From assembly GCF_009914755.1 (NCBI RefSeq), contig NC_060932.1: a DNA stretch of 64,000 nucleotides, one strand, 5' to 3'. Source of the stretch: the human T2T-CHM13v2.0 reference genome, Homo sapiens. Positions within the stretch are counted from its first letter, which is position 1; every line of letters begins with the position of its first letter. Below the pieces are notes generated by a model that was not told the origin of the DNA, did not search any database, and saw only the letters and a list, made by a program, of their open reading frames with translations. Below, piece after piece: positions 12,614 to 26,661 of the stretch. The translations under genes and the position numbers were made by a program.

Positions 12614-12912
12614 TTTTGTTTTGTTTTGAGACACAGTCTCGCTCTGTTGCCCAGGTGGCACAATCATAGCTCAAGGTAATTTCAAATTCCTGGGCTCAAG
12701 TCATGAGCCTGCCTCAGTAGCTGGGACTACAAGTAGCTAGGACTACAGGTGCATGCCACCACACATGGCTAATTTTTGTATATTTTGTAGTGAGGGGGTT
12801 TCACCATGTTGCCCAGGCTAGTCTCAAACTCCTGGCCTCCAGCAATCCTCCTGTCTCAGTCTCCCAAAGCACTGGGATTACAGGCGTGAGCCACTGCACC
12901 CTGCACCCAGCC
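12614..12912 (-). mobile_element. AluJ
   Basis: Dimeric Alu with J-type motifs (cctgggctcaag, ttgcccaggctagtctcaaactcctggcc); small internal tandem duplications. Confidence 0.9.
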
Positions 12913-13275
12913 CCTTTTCTCATTTTGTCATGAAAACATCCACTAATGTTACTCTAAGCATCACAGACTGCAGAGTCAATCTCAGAGGTGGGAAAGGACA
13001 GGAGGAAGGTAGTAGTGGACAAAGCATTTTACCTTTTCCAGCAACGCAGTAGCTGGTGGCCACCTTGTGTTGTAGAGTCACCTTTTATAAGCCCCTGGTT
13101 CTCTGTAAGCTTCTGAAAGTCAGTGCTTTTCTGAAGCTTATATTAGGGTGGAATACATACAGCATTCTTTAGAACGGCTATTTTCAGACTTAAAAAAAAT
13201 TATATTCTAGTAGAAGAGGGAAAGGGGTTGTTAAAGCCCACCCATAAGCCTACCACTACGCAGGCCCCTCCCATG

Positions 13276-13637
13276 TGCTATAGGCTAAACGGTTGTATTT
13301 CCCCCAAATTCATAAGTTGAAACCTAATCACACAATGTGACGCTATTTGGAGGTGGAGCTTTCAGGGGGTGAGTAGGTCATGAGGGTAGAGCCCTCATCA
13401 ATGGGATTAGTGCCCTTATGATAAAGAGACCCCAGAGAGCTCTCTCACCTCTTCCACCATGTGAAGTTAAAGCAAGATGACAGCCATCTATGAACCAGAG
13501 CAGGCCCTCACCAGACACTGAAAATGCATCTTGATCATGGATGTCCCAGCTTCCAGAACTGTGAAAATAAATTTCTGCTATTTATAAGCCACTCAGTTTA
13601 TGGCATTCTGTTATAGGAGCCCAAATGCACTAAGACA
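13276..13637 (+). mobile_element. MaLR solo LTR (MLT1A-like)
   Basis: tgctataggct...actaagaca termini; TSD ccatg/ccagg. Confidence 0.85.
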
Positions 13638-14325
13638 CCAGGAAAGTGGTCCTCAAAATGTGGGTGCTGTTGCACATTTACCAAGTCAAAATCTCTAGAT
13701 TTAAGTTCTAGAGCCAGCATATTTGTCAACCTTCCAGGTCACTTGAGAGACCTCCACCTTCAGGTCTGTGGATCATGGTTTGAAAATCACTGTTACAAAG
13801 TTAGTTTAATAATTAATACAATACAGAGAAAAAAATCAAATCTTTATGGGAAATATTAAATAGAAGCAGAACAACCAAAAGCTTCAGTCACAGTGAACAA
13901 TTAAAGGGCAGCCACCACAGACAGCATCCTTGGAGCCCAGAGCAGTCCCAAGCCCAGCCCCGGGTACCTTCCTGTCACTTCTGCTTCACTAAGAAGTGAA
14001 TGGTAATACAGGAAATGGTAGGAGTATCCTTTCAAACTCCTTTCTTTATGAAATAACCTTTTTTAAAAAATGGTAACTAACAAAGTCTTATTGAAACATT
14101 TTATTATGGATACTTGGCATTTAAAGGGAAATCTATTAGTCAAGCAATGGCATTAATAAAAGGCATTTCTTCTGAAGTTGACAACAATTATTCAATTGAT
14201 CAGCACCATCAGCTACATCGATCACTGCTGGGACATGGGTAGCATTCCAATTGGAGCACAGAAAGGAGGGTGTTTGGAGGAGTGTACTGTGTAAACCAAA
14301 TACAAGTAAACAATTACCTATGTTG

Positions 14326-14627
<302 letters not shown>

Positions 14628-15815
14628 TCACCTCCATCTTACAGATGAGTAAAGCACCGTACAGGGAGGTTAATGCTAAAGCATTGTCAACAGGTAATGT
14701 TAATGTTAAGTCAATTTTACATAAACTACTATGTCTTCAATAAGTTTTCCTCGTTTTTGCATCACTTTGCTTGTATGCAGGGATTTCACAATTTGGCATA
14801 TAAAAACATAGGAATATTTAATCATACTCTTAATTCTAAAAACAAACCAGAATGTCCCAAGAAAGGAATAAATTTAAAAATATACATTTTCAAAGAATAT
14901 TTAGTGGAATGAGGAAATTTCTTGATACAATCATAAGTAACAAAAAAGCAAAGAATATAAAACTATATTTTCAATTTCAGCATAATTCATTTGATCCCAA
15001 TTTTGTAAACATGAGCACATGTTTATGTAGCAACATGTTGAAAAAAGACTGGAAGGAAATATACCAAAAATGTTAACGTACTTGATTTGGGGTATTAAGA
15101 GTAGGTTTTTTTCTTTACACATTTTTTGTTTCAAAATTATCTATAATAAATATTCATTGTATAATTAGAAAAAATGTAATGTGTTTTAAATGACCAAGTT
15201 TCTATTCTTTGAAATAATTCTAGTATCCTTTCCACTTATTTATGCATAATTCATGTCCTGTGCAGTAATAAAACTACCCCCAACCCATTTCAAAATTTCC
15301 TCCAAGCACAAGGTCATTAACCCCAAAATGAAACAAATTGAAGCTTTAAAATTCTATAGTCCTAGGCCTCTATATGTATTGCCACATTTACTTCATACAT
15401 AGTGAAGATACAGAAAAATAAGGAGTTTTACCACGGACTGGTGTGTCTGCAATTTTGCCGTTCACATTCTGTTGTATTAACTTTAGGCTTTATAAAGGAA
15501 TATTTCAAATATTGACTATTGAGACTTCACCTGTTAGACAGGCATTGCTTGGGGATATAAATCATACATACATCCTGTTCCTAATTAAGGAGGAAGACTG
15601 TCCCATGTCATTGGAGACAACAGAATGAACAGCTGCTTCTGCAATGTCAGCTCTTGCATCAGTCAAAATGTTGCTTAGAAACGCTTGTGAGGATTAAGAT
15701 GAAGTTATATATACTGTTATCTATACCTCAGTCCCTGGGGCTGAGGACAGCCACCAGACATACCTGTACAAGACAAGGAAGTTTGCGACATTAAATCTTT
15801 ATTTCAATGGCACAC

Positions 15816-16562
<747 letters not shown>

Positions 16563-16834
16563 CATATATAGCAAAGAGAGGGCTTGGACTTTATGAAGGG
16601 AAATGAAAAAGGAATTCAGATTCCAGAACTGCTTTATAGGAGAGGTTTGTGGGTGGGAATCTCATTAGGACCAAAAGCACCTTGTCCTGAAGCTACAGTC
16701 AAACAGTCCTGGTTCAAGTCCCAATTATCCCACTAGTTACCTTTGTAACTATTGATGAACCATGCAACTTCTTTGATCCTTATTTTCTTCATTTGTGGAA
16801 GGAGAATCAAAATATCCAAATAAATAGGATGATT

Positions 16835-17096
16835 ATGGATTAATGTCATTATTGCAGGAGTGGGTTTGTTTAAAAAGTGAGTTTGGCCCCCTTTTGTCAG
16901 CTGACACACTCTCTCACCATGTGATGTCTTCTGCCATGTTACGACACAGTATAAAGGCCCTCACCAGATGTAGCCCCTCGATCTTGGACTTCCCAGCCTC
17001 CAGAACCATAAGCCATGTACTTTTTTTTTCCTGTGGAATACCACAGCATACCAGTCAGTGATATTCTGTTACAGCAGCATAAAATGGATCAAGACA
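16835..17096 (+). mobile_element. MST-type MaLR LTR, 3' portion (preceded by a MIR fragment ~16700-16830)
   Basis: aaggccctcaccagatg...ttggacttcccagcctccagaacc...ggatcaagaca. Confidence 0.7.
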
Positions 17097-18405
17097 AATG
17101 ATTAGTGGGATGCATATCAATTTAGTGTGCCGTGATTAGCATTTTTAAAGTGAAATGTAATGGACTAATTCGAGTTCATCAAATGCAGTAAAGGTAAATT
17201 TCATGAAATTCTTGTTTCAATTTTATACATAGGCATACATTGGTATATGTATACTGGATTATGATGTAAAATGTGTTTCTTCCTGAGTCAAGGTCAAAAA
17301 ACTATGAAAACTACTTCTTTAGATAAAACTAGATTTAAAAGTCCCCATCCAAATGCTCACATCACAATGATTCAGCGTTTGAAGGGAATAGAATAAGAAC
17401 TTATTAGAAATAGTAAGGACAGGATCCCAAGTGATTGCTGGGCCAGCCTTGAGTGTGTCCACACTCCACTGGACCTGTTGATAATGTGTAGTGAGCCAGG
17501 TTGGCTTATCACCAGCAAAACAAACCCTCAGATTGAATTTGGTTCCCAGGAAGCTGGGTGATAGCAGCTTCCTTCATATTTTCCAGGAAAACCACTAGCC
17601 CCCTCAACTGGGGTGCCCCACATTTTGTTCACCTCTTGCTCTGTGGCACTCTTCACCTGGGACCTGCTTTCTTACCTCCCTCCCTCCTGCCATAACACAC
17701 CTGGTGCTGGGCCTTGTTCTCACTCTTCCCTGCCTGAGCTCACTCAGTTCTGTGGACTTGTCTGCTCTGCCTCCAGCTTCCCCATTGTTTCTATCCTGTG
17801 CCTCCAAGTCCCCAACCCCATTACATTCTCTGGCCCAGGACCAACACTTCACCACTCCCTCACATCCCATAATCTGCCCCAAAATGAAATTGATTTCCCT
17901 AGCTCAACTCATGGAATGAGAACAGATGAAACTCCTCTCCAACATGGACACCTTTCAATAGTTTCCTTGTCTTTACATTTAACTTATCTTGTGTGTCTTC
18001 ACCTATCAACAGAACAGAACAGCAAGATGAAGCATTACCAGAAACCCCCTTCTTGTGGCACTGGCCTCCTAATATTGCCACCAGCTGCAGGCCAGGAGTT
18101 CCACTCTTTGTAGTACCTCCCAGCTTATATGTGCCCACCAGGATCTCAGGCATGATTGGGCAGGGCCTTGCTGAGGTCACAGCAGCCTATGTCTACCACT
18201 GTCATGTGGGAAATTATCTGGATGTCACTATATGCTCTAAATGTACTACCAGGATATCATGGGATTGTTTATGAAAATTAATTTATAACACACAGTGAGA
18301 AAGAAGGGGAAAGAGACCACAATAAGTTAACACACTCAGGGATGGGTATTAGAGAGGATAGGATGACCTTACTGCTTGAATCCTGGAGGTTAGCAATGTT
18401 TGTCT

Positions 18406-18458
18406 TCTCTGTCTCTCTCTCTCTGTCTCTCTCTCTGTCTCTCTCTCTCTCTCACACT

Positions 18459-18501
<43 letters not shown>
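18406..18501. repeat. Compound (CT)n(CA)n microsatellite
   Basis: Read directly. Confidence 0.95.
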
Positions 18502-18502
<1 letters not shown>

Positions 18503-19124
18503 ACATATACATCATTAGCCTTTCCTACTGATGGCATGGTTACAAGGACTAGAATGGAGATTTGAGCAGGAGGACTCATGGATGGAAGATTCCCTGGGCC
18601 AATGACACACAATTGGCTGCATTAAAGAGATTCAGCTGCTGCTCACCATTTAGCTGATGAATCAACCTAGGTTTATTTGTGTTTCTTGGGCAAATGGCAC
18701 ATGGGCAGAATGGGTGCTAAGAATTAGGACCTTATGAATATTATGTGTTCATCAAATATAACCTAAATACATGTGCCTTTTTTATATTTAGAATCTCATA
18801 CATCACACATATGTAGTGTATAATGAATATTTAAAGTCTGTAGCCTCATGAATATCAGGGATCTTTTGGTCTTTTTAGCCCTTCCTATCTCTGTTTAGCC
18901 CACACATGCTCTACTGACTGACTGCTAATCTATATCTAACATGCCCTAAAATGTGTCACCTATGGTTTATAATCATATTCATCTTTTACAATAGAATTGA
19001 ATATTCTCAAAAGCAAATACACATTACAACCACATTGCCCCTAATTGCCACCTCGTAATTCTAATCAAAGAAAGAAATGAGTTTAAGCCAACAGAATTTA
19101 TCTGCATAGACACAGCGAATTGGC

Positions 19125-19347
19125 CTGGCATCCAGAGCAAGCCAGCTGGGTTTAAACCTCTATGAGCTGTGTGACATAAGTCAAGTCACTTAACCTCCCT
19201 ATGTTTCAGTTTCCTCAGTCATAAAATGAAGATGATAATGCTATCTACCACCTAGGGCTGTTGTGAAAATTAAATGAAATAATCTCAGTGAAGTACTTAA
19301 AATAGTGCCCACAACATAGTAAATATCATTTAAAGGATACTATTATT
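19125..19347 (+). mobile_element. MIR
   Basis: Core agctgtgtgac...caagtcacttaacctc...tcagtttcctc...taaaatg. Confidence 0.75.
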
Positions 19348-19955
19348 GTTTTCCATAGATCCCTCACATAGTCACCTGAGAATATCTATTCACCTAAGCC
19401 ATCATCTCGACTTGATGTCATCTCTAGGTCTGGAATCTACTTCCATCCCCTTTAAGAAGTTAGGATGGTGCTTGTCTTATCTCAGGTTGTGTTTATAAGT
19501 CAAGATAAATGTAAATACGACACAATTGTAGTACAATGAGGTCAGCCAATGAAAGGACAATGCATAGAGTGTTATAATTTCCAGATTCCTCCCCTATTGT
19601 TTCTCCTGTGACACACTACAAATTTCCACAACTTTACCCTTCTCTATAGAACTCACAATTTTCATTTTCCATAGAACTGATTTCACTGATTTCTCTGATT
19701 GTAGTTTTCTGTTCTTTTCCTTTCCCTATTCAGTTTAAAGCTGTTAGCTAGCTTCTGAGCAAATGAATTTCACCTCTCCATCCACTCTGTACTCTCAGCC
19801 AAAAATGTATCATCCTGGTGTCTTAAACTAGGGTTCACACATCCAAACCCCACTTGTCAACACTACCTGCATAGCCATTCACTTCCCTATGAGATCTTCC
19901 TCTATCATCCAAGTCCCATCCAAAGGTAAAAAGGATGACTAATTATAATAGTCAC

Positions 19956-20322
19956 TATCTTAGTCCATTTTGTGATGCTATAACAGAATACCATAGACTG
20001 GGTAACTTACAAGCAATAGAAGTGTATTTCTTATTATTCTAGAGGCTGGGAAGTCCAATAACATGGTGCTGACATCTGGCAAGGGTCTTCTTGCTGCATC
20101 ATAACATGGCGGGAGGCATCACACAGTGGAAGGGCAAAGAGAGCAAGAGAGAGCAAGAGATAGAACTTGCAGCCTCATGCCCCTTTATAATTGCTATTAA
20201 TCCACTAATGAGGATGGAGCCATCATGGCCTAATTGCCTCTTAATGGTCTCACCTCTTAATACTGTTACAATGACAACTAAATTTCAACATGAGTTTTGG
20301 AGGGGACATTTAAACCATAGCA
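19956..20322 (-). mobile_element. MST-type MaLR solo LTR (MSTB-like)
   Basis: tatcttagtccattt...aaaccatagca; TSD gtcac/gtaac. Confidence 0.85.
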
Positions 20323-21692
20323 GTAACTATTTGCTGAATGCTTGCTATGTGACAGGGAATATGCTCAGAGCTTTCCAATCCTGATCTCTGATCCTGGCAT
20401 CACAGGCATTATTGTTATCCCCTATGGGCTTTCTGAATAAGTGCCCCTCATAAACTCAGAGAGAGGAAAAATTAAAATATATTCAGAGTTAAACTGTAAA
20501 ATCAATACATAATAAATCAGAGATATGCTGTCACCTTCAAAACCCAGAAAGTGAGGAGTCTTACATTAATTGACTAAAATCAGATAGAATGTGCAAAGTT
20601 ATCTAATGAAAGAATGTGGCACAAAAGTTGTAGTAAAAAGAAGTCAGCCTCTGTTGGTTGTCTCAACTCCCTACTCCCTTGTCACTTTCCACTATATGGG
20701 ATAGAAATACCAAACACTTGCCTTCCCAGCCTTCCTTGCAGCTGGTGAATGGGATATAAGGAGCCATGTAAGAGGGTCACCTAAGGGGTCCTTGTAACAC
20801 AATTCTGGTTGGTGGGAAACAAGTGGAAGTCTGCTGGGGTTGTCCAAGGTAGTTTTTTATTTTCTCATAAAAGGGACAGATAAGTATGGTGCTACTCCCA
20901 TCTTTTACTGCCTTGAATGAGGGATGTAAAGGCTGCAGCCAAAAGAATATGACATTCAGATTCAAACTAATCTGAGTTCAAATCTCAGTTCCCCCAGTTA
21001 CTGGATGTATGATATTGGGCAAATTCCCTAACATGCCTCATCTGTCGAATGGATTTAAAAATGCCTATAGGTGTTCCAATGAGTAGGGAATGGTGCATTA
21101 TATGTTCTTATGCTTGAGTCTTCAGCTGACACAGTAACTTCAAGTGGCACTTCTTTTCCCTTTGTGTCTGCTATTGACCTATAATTTACCAAGAAAGTGT
21201 CCTAGTCTCCCTCTGGAACATCATCTGCCTGCCTCAGGGACAGGCAATCCCACCTGTACCACCCCCATCCATCCCAACCTAAAAAAGAAAAGGAAGGAGC
21301 ATCCAGGCAGGGTTGATAGCTGCATTAAACTGTCAAAGGAGTAAGGAAAAGGCAGAAAAAGCCTGAAACAAGTTAAATTCCATCTAGTGTCATGTTATAT
21401 GCCTAAAGCCTAGGACAATGCAGTCACTGGGCTCAATAAACATTTGTTCAATCAATCAATCAATCATACATAGAAAGGACTACTTCTGTCCACATTTTCA
21501 CACCAGCCCAGGAGAAGAGGAAAATCAGAAGTGAAGAAGAAAGTTATCCCTTAAAAGTGTGCTGGAGAGAAGGATTGGCCAACAATTATTAGGTAATCCT
21601 AATATTCTGGAATAATCTTCTGTTACATGTCAGTGTTCATGCCCTTCACTAATTTTTATCAGCTTACCAAAATATTGAATTTCCTTATTTCC

Positions 21693-21932
21693 ATTTGGTA
21701 TTACTCGCCTTATTTCTTCAGAATTTCTTCAGAATTCTGACACACTGAGGTACTGAGAAGCAACTCAGTATTTCTTCAGTATTTCTTCAGAATTCTGAAG
21801 AATACAACTTCAGTATTTCTTCAGAATTCTGAAGAATACAACTTCAGTATTTCTTCAGAATTTGGTATTACTCTCCTTATTTCTTCAGAATTTCTTCAGA
21901 ATTCTGACACACTGAGGTACTGAGAAGTAACT
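21693..21932. repeat. Complex local duplication: two 73-bp direct repeats flanking 34-bp palindrome-containing tandem units
   Basis: 21693-21765 vs 21860-21932 (2 mismatches); 34-mers at 21777-21810 and 21811-21844 identical, each containing the perfect palindrome ttcttcagaattctgaagaa. Confidence 0.95.
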
Positions 21933-23652
21933 TTCCTCAAGCTTGGTGGCATCCATTCCTCTTTTAGCAAGAAGATTAATGCAGAAGAGTCCCAGTTTCT
22001 GTTGGAATCACGCTGTCTCTTTCCATACCTCTTAGTGGCCTTGGGTTTCCAAGTGAGCTTTTCCTTCTGGGCTGCCCTTGCTAAGTGGCTTGTTAGGCTG
22101 CCTTGGTAATCTGAGCTTCTCATCCAGGCATTCCAGCACCACTGAAGCTTTCTATCCCTGCTTCTGCTGTCTTGGGATATGCCATTGCTGCTGCCAGGAC
22201 AGCCAGTTGCTATTGCCAGCAATTTACCAGCAATCAGCAGCAATTAGCAGCAGCCTAAGTTAGCACTTACATTAGAAACCACTCCACAAACTCAGAGAGA
22301 ATTCTGAGATTTAGAGAATGGCTTACCTCTTCCCATCCTCCAGTAGCAGAGAAAAAACCTCACACCTACCTCCCCAGCATAAAGAGGCTGCCTGTGTATG
22401 CTAGATCTTGCAAACTCACAAGGAGTCATGCCTTCTTGGGGGCTTGCAATATATCTTTCTGGAGCTCCCTTCTTTAAACGTGGTTTAGCATATTCAGGTA
22501 TAACCAGGTGGCAAGTGGCTAGCTTCATGCTGTCCTCAGTGGTGAAGGCTCAGAAGCCATTCCCTTTGAGCTCTTTCCATTAGGAAAGTAGCACTGAGGG
22601 GCTTCCCAGGGGCTGTGAAAGAAAAGACAGTGTCGTCTCTTGGAAATAACCAATCAGCAATCTATCTACATATCATTAAACAAACATCTATTGAGCCTCT
22701 TCTATGTTTCAGGCACAGTGCAAGCACTGGTATTCAGAGTTGAGGAGCTCACAGCCTAGAAACAGAGAGCTCTAAGTAGACAGTTACAATACAGTGCAAT
22801 ATATGCTGTGATAGCAGGAGGCGTTGAGTGCTGGGAAAGCTTATAAGACGGTACCCAAGAAAATCTTGAGGAGTTGATGCTCAAATTGAGCCTTAAAAAT
22901 AATAGGAGCTATCAGGGTAAACACAGCAGAGAGCACATCATGTGCAGATGATCTGAGACAAAAAAAAAGAACCTGGGGTATTTGGGGAATTGTGCTTTCA
23001 GTTGAGCCAGTAGGTCAGGAAATAGAATGGGCAGAAAGTGGCAAGAGATGAGACAAAAGAGAGTCAATGGAGGCAAAGGACAAGAGGCTTTTGGTGAATT
23101 CTAAGGTTCTTTCAACCACTATCTCTATTATCTTGAAAATGAGCTATGGAAGAGTAAGTAAGCTAGGGCCCAGGGAGATCAAATGACTAGGTCAATGTCA
23201 TACTAATAGTAAGTTAGGATAAGAGACAGCACAATGAGATGATGGGATAATAGTAGTTCACATATGTGTAATATTTTACAGTCACCAAGCTCCTTCACTT
23301 ATCATATTTCAACAACATACAGGAATGTAAAAAAATCAAAAGACCTAGGTTGTCAACATGTCTGAACCACTGCCTGACTGTGTAAGTCCTTCACGGCTCT
23401 GGCTCTCACTTCCGTCAGTATGTGATGAAGAGACTGGCTCACTAATTCTCCTTCTAGCGCTAACACTCCATATTTCTAGAATCTGATACTAAAGAGCTTT
23501 TCCTGCTGTGTTCCTGCCACCTATCAAAAGGTGACTTCTCCTACAAGGACCTAAAGTTATGATTTTCTGAAGGTTTTCAGGACAAAGCTAACTCACATTT
23601 CTAATCATAATCCATTTCCCACTTAAACACACCAGTCACAATCTAACATCAT

Positions 23653-24188
23653 TGTGATGACTAATTTTAATGTGTTGACTTCACTAAGCCAGGGGATGTC
23701 CAGATATTTGGTTTGGCATTATTCTGGATGTGTCTGTGAGGGTGTTTCTAGATGAGATTGACATTTAAACTGGTAGACTGAGTAAAGCAGATTGCCCTCC
23801 CCAGTGTGGATGGGCCTTACCCAGTTTGTTGGAGGCCTGAATGGAACAAAGTTGAAGGAAGAAAGAATTTTCTCTCTATTCCAGTCTCCCAGCAAGGATA
23901 TTTGTCTTTTCCTGACTTCAGACTCAAACTCAGACTAGAACTTACACCATTGACTCTACTGGTTCTCAGGCCTTCAGGCTCGAACTGGAACCCAGGTCTC
24001 CTGGGTTTCCAGCCTACAAGCTGTAGATCTTTGAACTTCTCCACTTCCATAACCACATGAGCTAACTCCTTATAATAGAGGTACAGATCAAGAGATGGAG
24101 ATGAAGATAATAGAGACAGAGATTAGAGATAGAGGCAGAGTTATATTGCCTATTATTTCTGTTTCTCTGGAAAGCTCTTGCTCATACA
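23653..24188 (+). mobile_element. MLT2-family (ERVL) solo LTR
   Basis: tgtgatgactaattttaatgtg...agactgagtaaagcagattgccctcccc...ctcataca; TSD atcat/atcac. Confidence 0.85.
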
Positions 24189-24812
24189 ATCACCCTTATC
24201 AAAACTTTCTGCAATTAAGCCAAAAAACAAGGTGTATTCATAATTTCCAGAAACCTCTCTGATCCCAAAGGAAGCATTATCTCACTCCAAACAAATTGTT
24301 TCATGATATGAAACCAAAGGCCCAAAATGATGCTTTTCTTTCTTTTTTAGTTTAAATTTGGGCACTGAACATCTACAAGGACTTTCCATAATAAAGAAAT
24401 AAATACATTGTGCCTTTGCCTTTCTTATCATTTATTATTAAAAACATTTACAAGAGAGCAGGCTCACATTCTTTAGGAATCCATCCAGTCCTGCTGGTAA
24501 TTCTCATTACGAGGTCAGGAGCACAATACTAGAGGCCCTTCATCTTACGCTGAATGGAACAAAGGCTGTCACCTCCATAGGATTAAAGATGCAGGCAGGA
24601 ACTACTCAGCAGGAGCAAAAGGACTCCTCAGCAGCAGAGATTATGTTTCATGCAAATGTTTTGAGACACAAGGGAAAAGAAAAACAGAAAATGTAACTGG
24701 CTAAGTTTTCAACAATGGTATTCATTTTAAAAATAAGGGTTATGTGCTTCAAGGGACTGTGCTCCAGGGTGGGATCTAAACATGAAAAAACTCAGCCCTT
24801 GTCCTCAAGGAG

Positions 24813-25191
24813 GGTATTAGTCCATTTTCACAGTGCTATAAAGAACTGCCCAAGACTGGGTAATATATAAAGGGAAGAGGTTTCATTGACTCACAGTTCA
24901 GCATGGCTGGGGAGGCTTTAGAAAGCTTACAATCATGGTGGAAGGCGAAAGGGAAGTAAGGCACCTTCTTCACAAGGCAGCAGGAAAGAGAATGAATGCA
25001 GGAGGAAATACCAAACACTTATAAAACCATCGGATATTGTGAGATCTCACTCACTATCATGAGAACAGCATGGGGGAAACTGCCCCCATGATCCAATTAC
25101 CTCCACCTGGTCTCTCCCTTGACACATGGGGATTATGGGGATTATAAATCAAGATGAGATTTGGGTGGGGACACAAAGCCTAACCATATCA
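24813..25191 (-). mobile_element. THE1 solo LTR (THE1C/D-like)
   Basis: gtattagtccattttcac...cctaaccatatca; TSD aggag/aggaa. Confidence 0.9.
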
Positions 25192-25470
25192 AGGAACTTG
25201 CAGTTGAACAGGGAAGATAAAAAATGAAAATAGAAGCCAGAAGGAGAGAGGTGCCACAAAATCAGAGTGAGTTGAGTTCAGAGAGGAGAGAAATCCCATC
25301 ACCCTGTGTGATTGTGACAGCTGCTGCAAATGGGGCAGGGCAGGACTTCAGCAGGAGGTGAGGGTACAGCATCTGCTCTCCAGGTTGCCTGCTCCCTCCA
25401 CCACAGCCAACAATTATATAACTCTCACACCAAACTCTCCTCGACTTAGTTATTTCTATCATAGCACTTA

Positions 25471-25824
25471 CAGGCACACCTCATTTTATTGTGCTTTGCT
25501 TTCATGCACTTTGCAGTTAACTGTGTTTTTTGCAAGTTGAAGGTTTGTGCCAACCCTGTATTGAGCAAGTCTACAGGCACCATTTCTCCAACAACATGTG
25601 CTCATCTGTTAGTATTTTTTAGCAAGAATATATTTTTTAATTAAGGATGTATTTTTTTAGTCATAATGCTATTGCACTCTTAATAGACTACAATATAGTA
25701 TAGTGTAAACATAGCTTTCATATGCACTGGCAAACCAAAAAATTCATGTGACTCACTTTATTGTGATATTCATTTTTTTGTGGTGATCTGGAACAGAACC
25801 CATCATCTTTTCAAAGTATGCCTG
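25471..25824 (+). mobile_element. Internally deleted Tigger1 DNA transposon
   Basis: Both termini present (caggcacacctc... / ...aagtatgcctg) with TA target duplications. Confidence 0.85.
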
Positions 25825-25879
25825 TATTACCCTCTAGACTTTCTTTTTTCCTTTCTTCCCTCCTTCATTCCTCTCCTAC

Positions 25880-26000
25880 TTTCTTTGTTTATTGTATGTC
25901 TCCCCCACTAGAATGCAAGCTCTATGAGAGCAGGACTTTGCCTTGTTCTCCTCAGCACCTAGAACAGTGTCTGGCATAGAATAGGTGCTCAATAAATGTG
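25880..26000 (+). mobile_element. L2 3' end
   Basis: tgtctcccccactagaatgcaagctctatgagagcagg...cctagaacagtgtctggcatag...ctcaataaat. Confidence 0.75.
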
Positions 26001-26661
26001 GAAAGGCAGGAAGACAAGTTAGACACACAGGAAAGAAGTAAGAGGGGTAGGGAGGAGATAATCCACAGAAATTGATTCATGTCCCCACTCATCTTTACCT
26101 TAGATCCTCTTGCCATTCCAAAGTTTGATGTGTATTACTTCCACTGAGAGATCTGCCCTGTCTTCAGCTCACCTAATTCTGGACCTGGCCCTAAATTCCT
26201 TTACCTCTTTATGTCTAGCCATTCCCCACCAAAATACACAGTTGCTTGCATATGCCATTCCAGCTCTCCATGCCTGTGCTCCTGGTGCTCCCTGTGCCTG
26301 GAATATCATCCCTCTTCACACCTCTCCCTCCCAAATAAACTCCAGCTCATTCTTCAAATTCTAGAACAGTGTCTGGTACAGAATAGGTGTTCAATAAATG
26401 TGGAAAGGCAGGAAGACAAGTTAGACATTGCTCTACAATGTAGCAATTTGAAAGTATCTAACAAAATGTGAAACATGCATTCCCTTAGACCCAGCAGCTC
26501 CACTTCTATAAATGTATCCTTTGCATTTTCTCCTGGCACAGAGCAAATGTTACTGCCCCAGGGAAGTCCTCTCTGCTCTCTGAAGCACATAGAGCATCGC
26601 TTTCGGGTGTCATTTATCTCACAGTGTGGAAGTAAGTATTTCATTTGTTTAGAAGGTCCAC

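Noticed and set aside
17604-18274. Cluster of overlapping ORFs up to 166 aa
   Set aside because: Non-ATG starts for most, no recognisable domain, low-complexity C/T-rich sequence; compatible with chance
21693-21932. CRISPR-like array (palindromic ~34-bp repeats)
   Set aside because: Units are directly tandem with no unique spacers, there are no cas genes, and the DNA is primate nuclear
22187-22240. ttgctgctg...cagcagcaa inverted repeat and Q-rich reading
   Set aside because: Short, low-complexity arms; expected by chance
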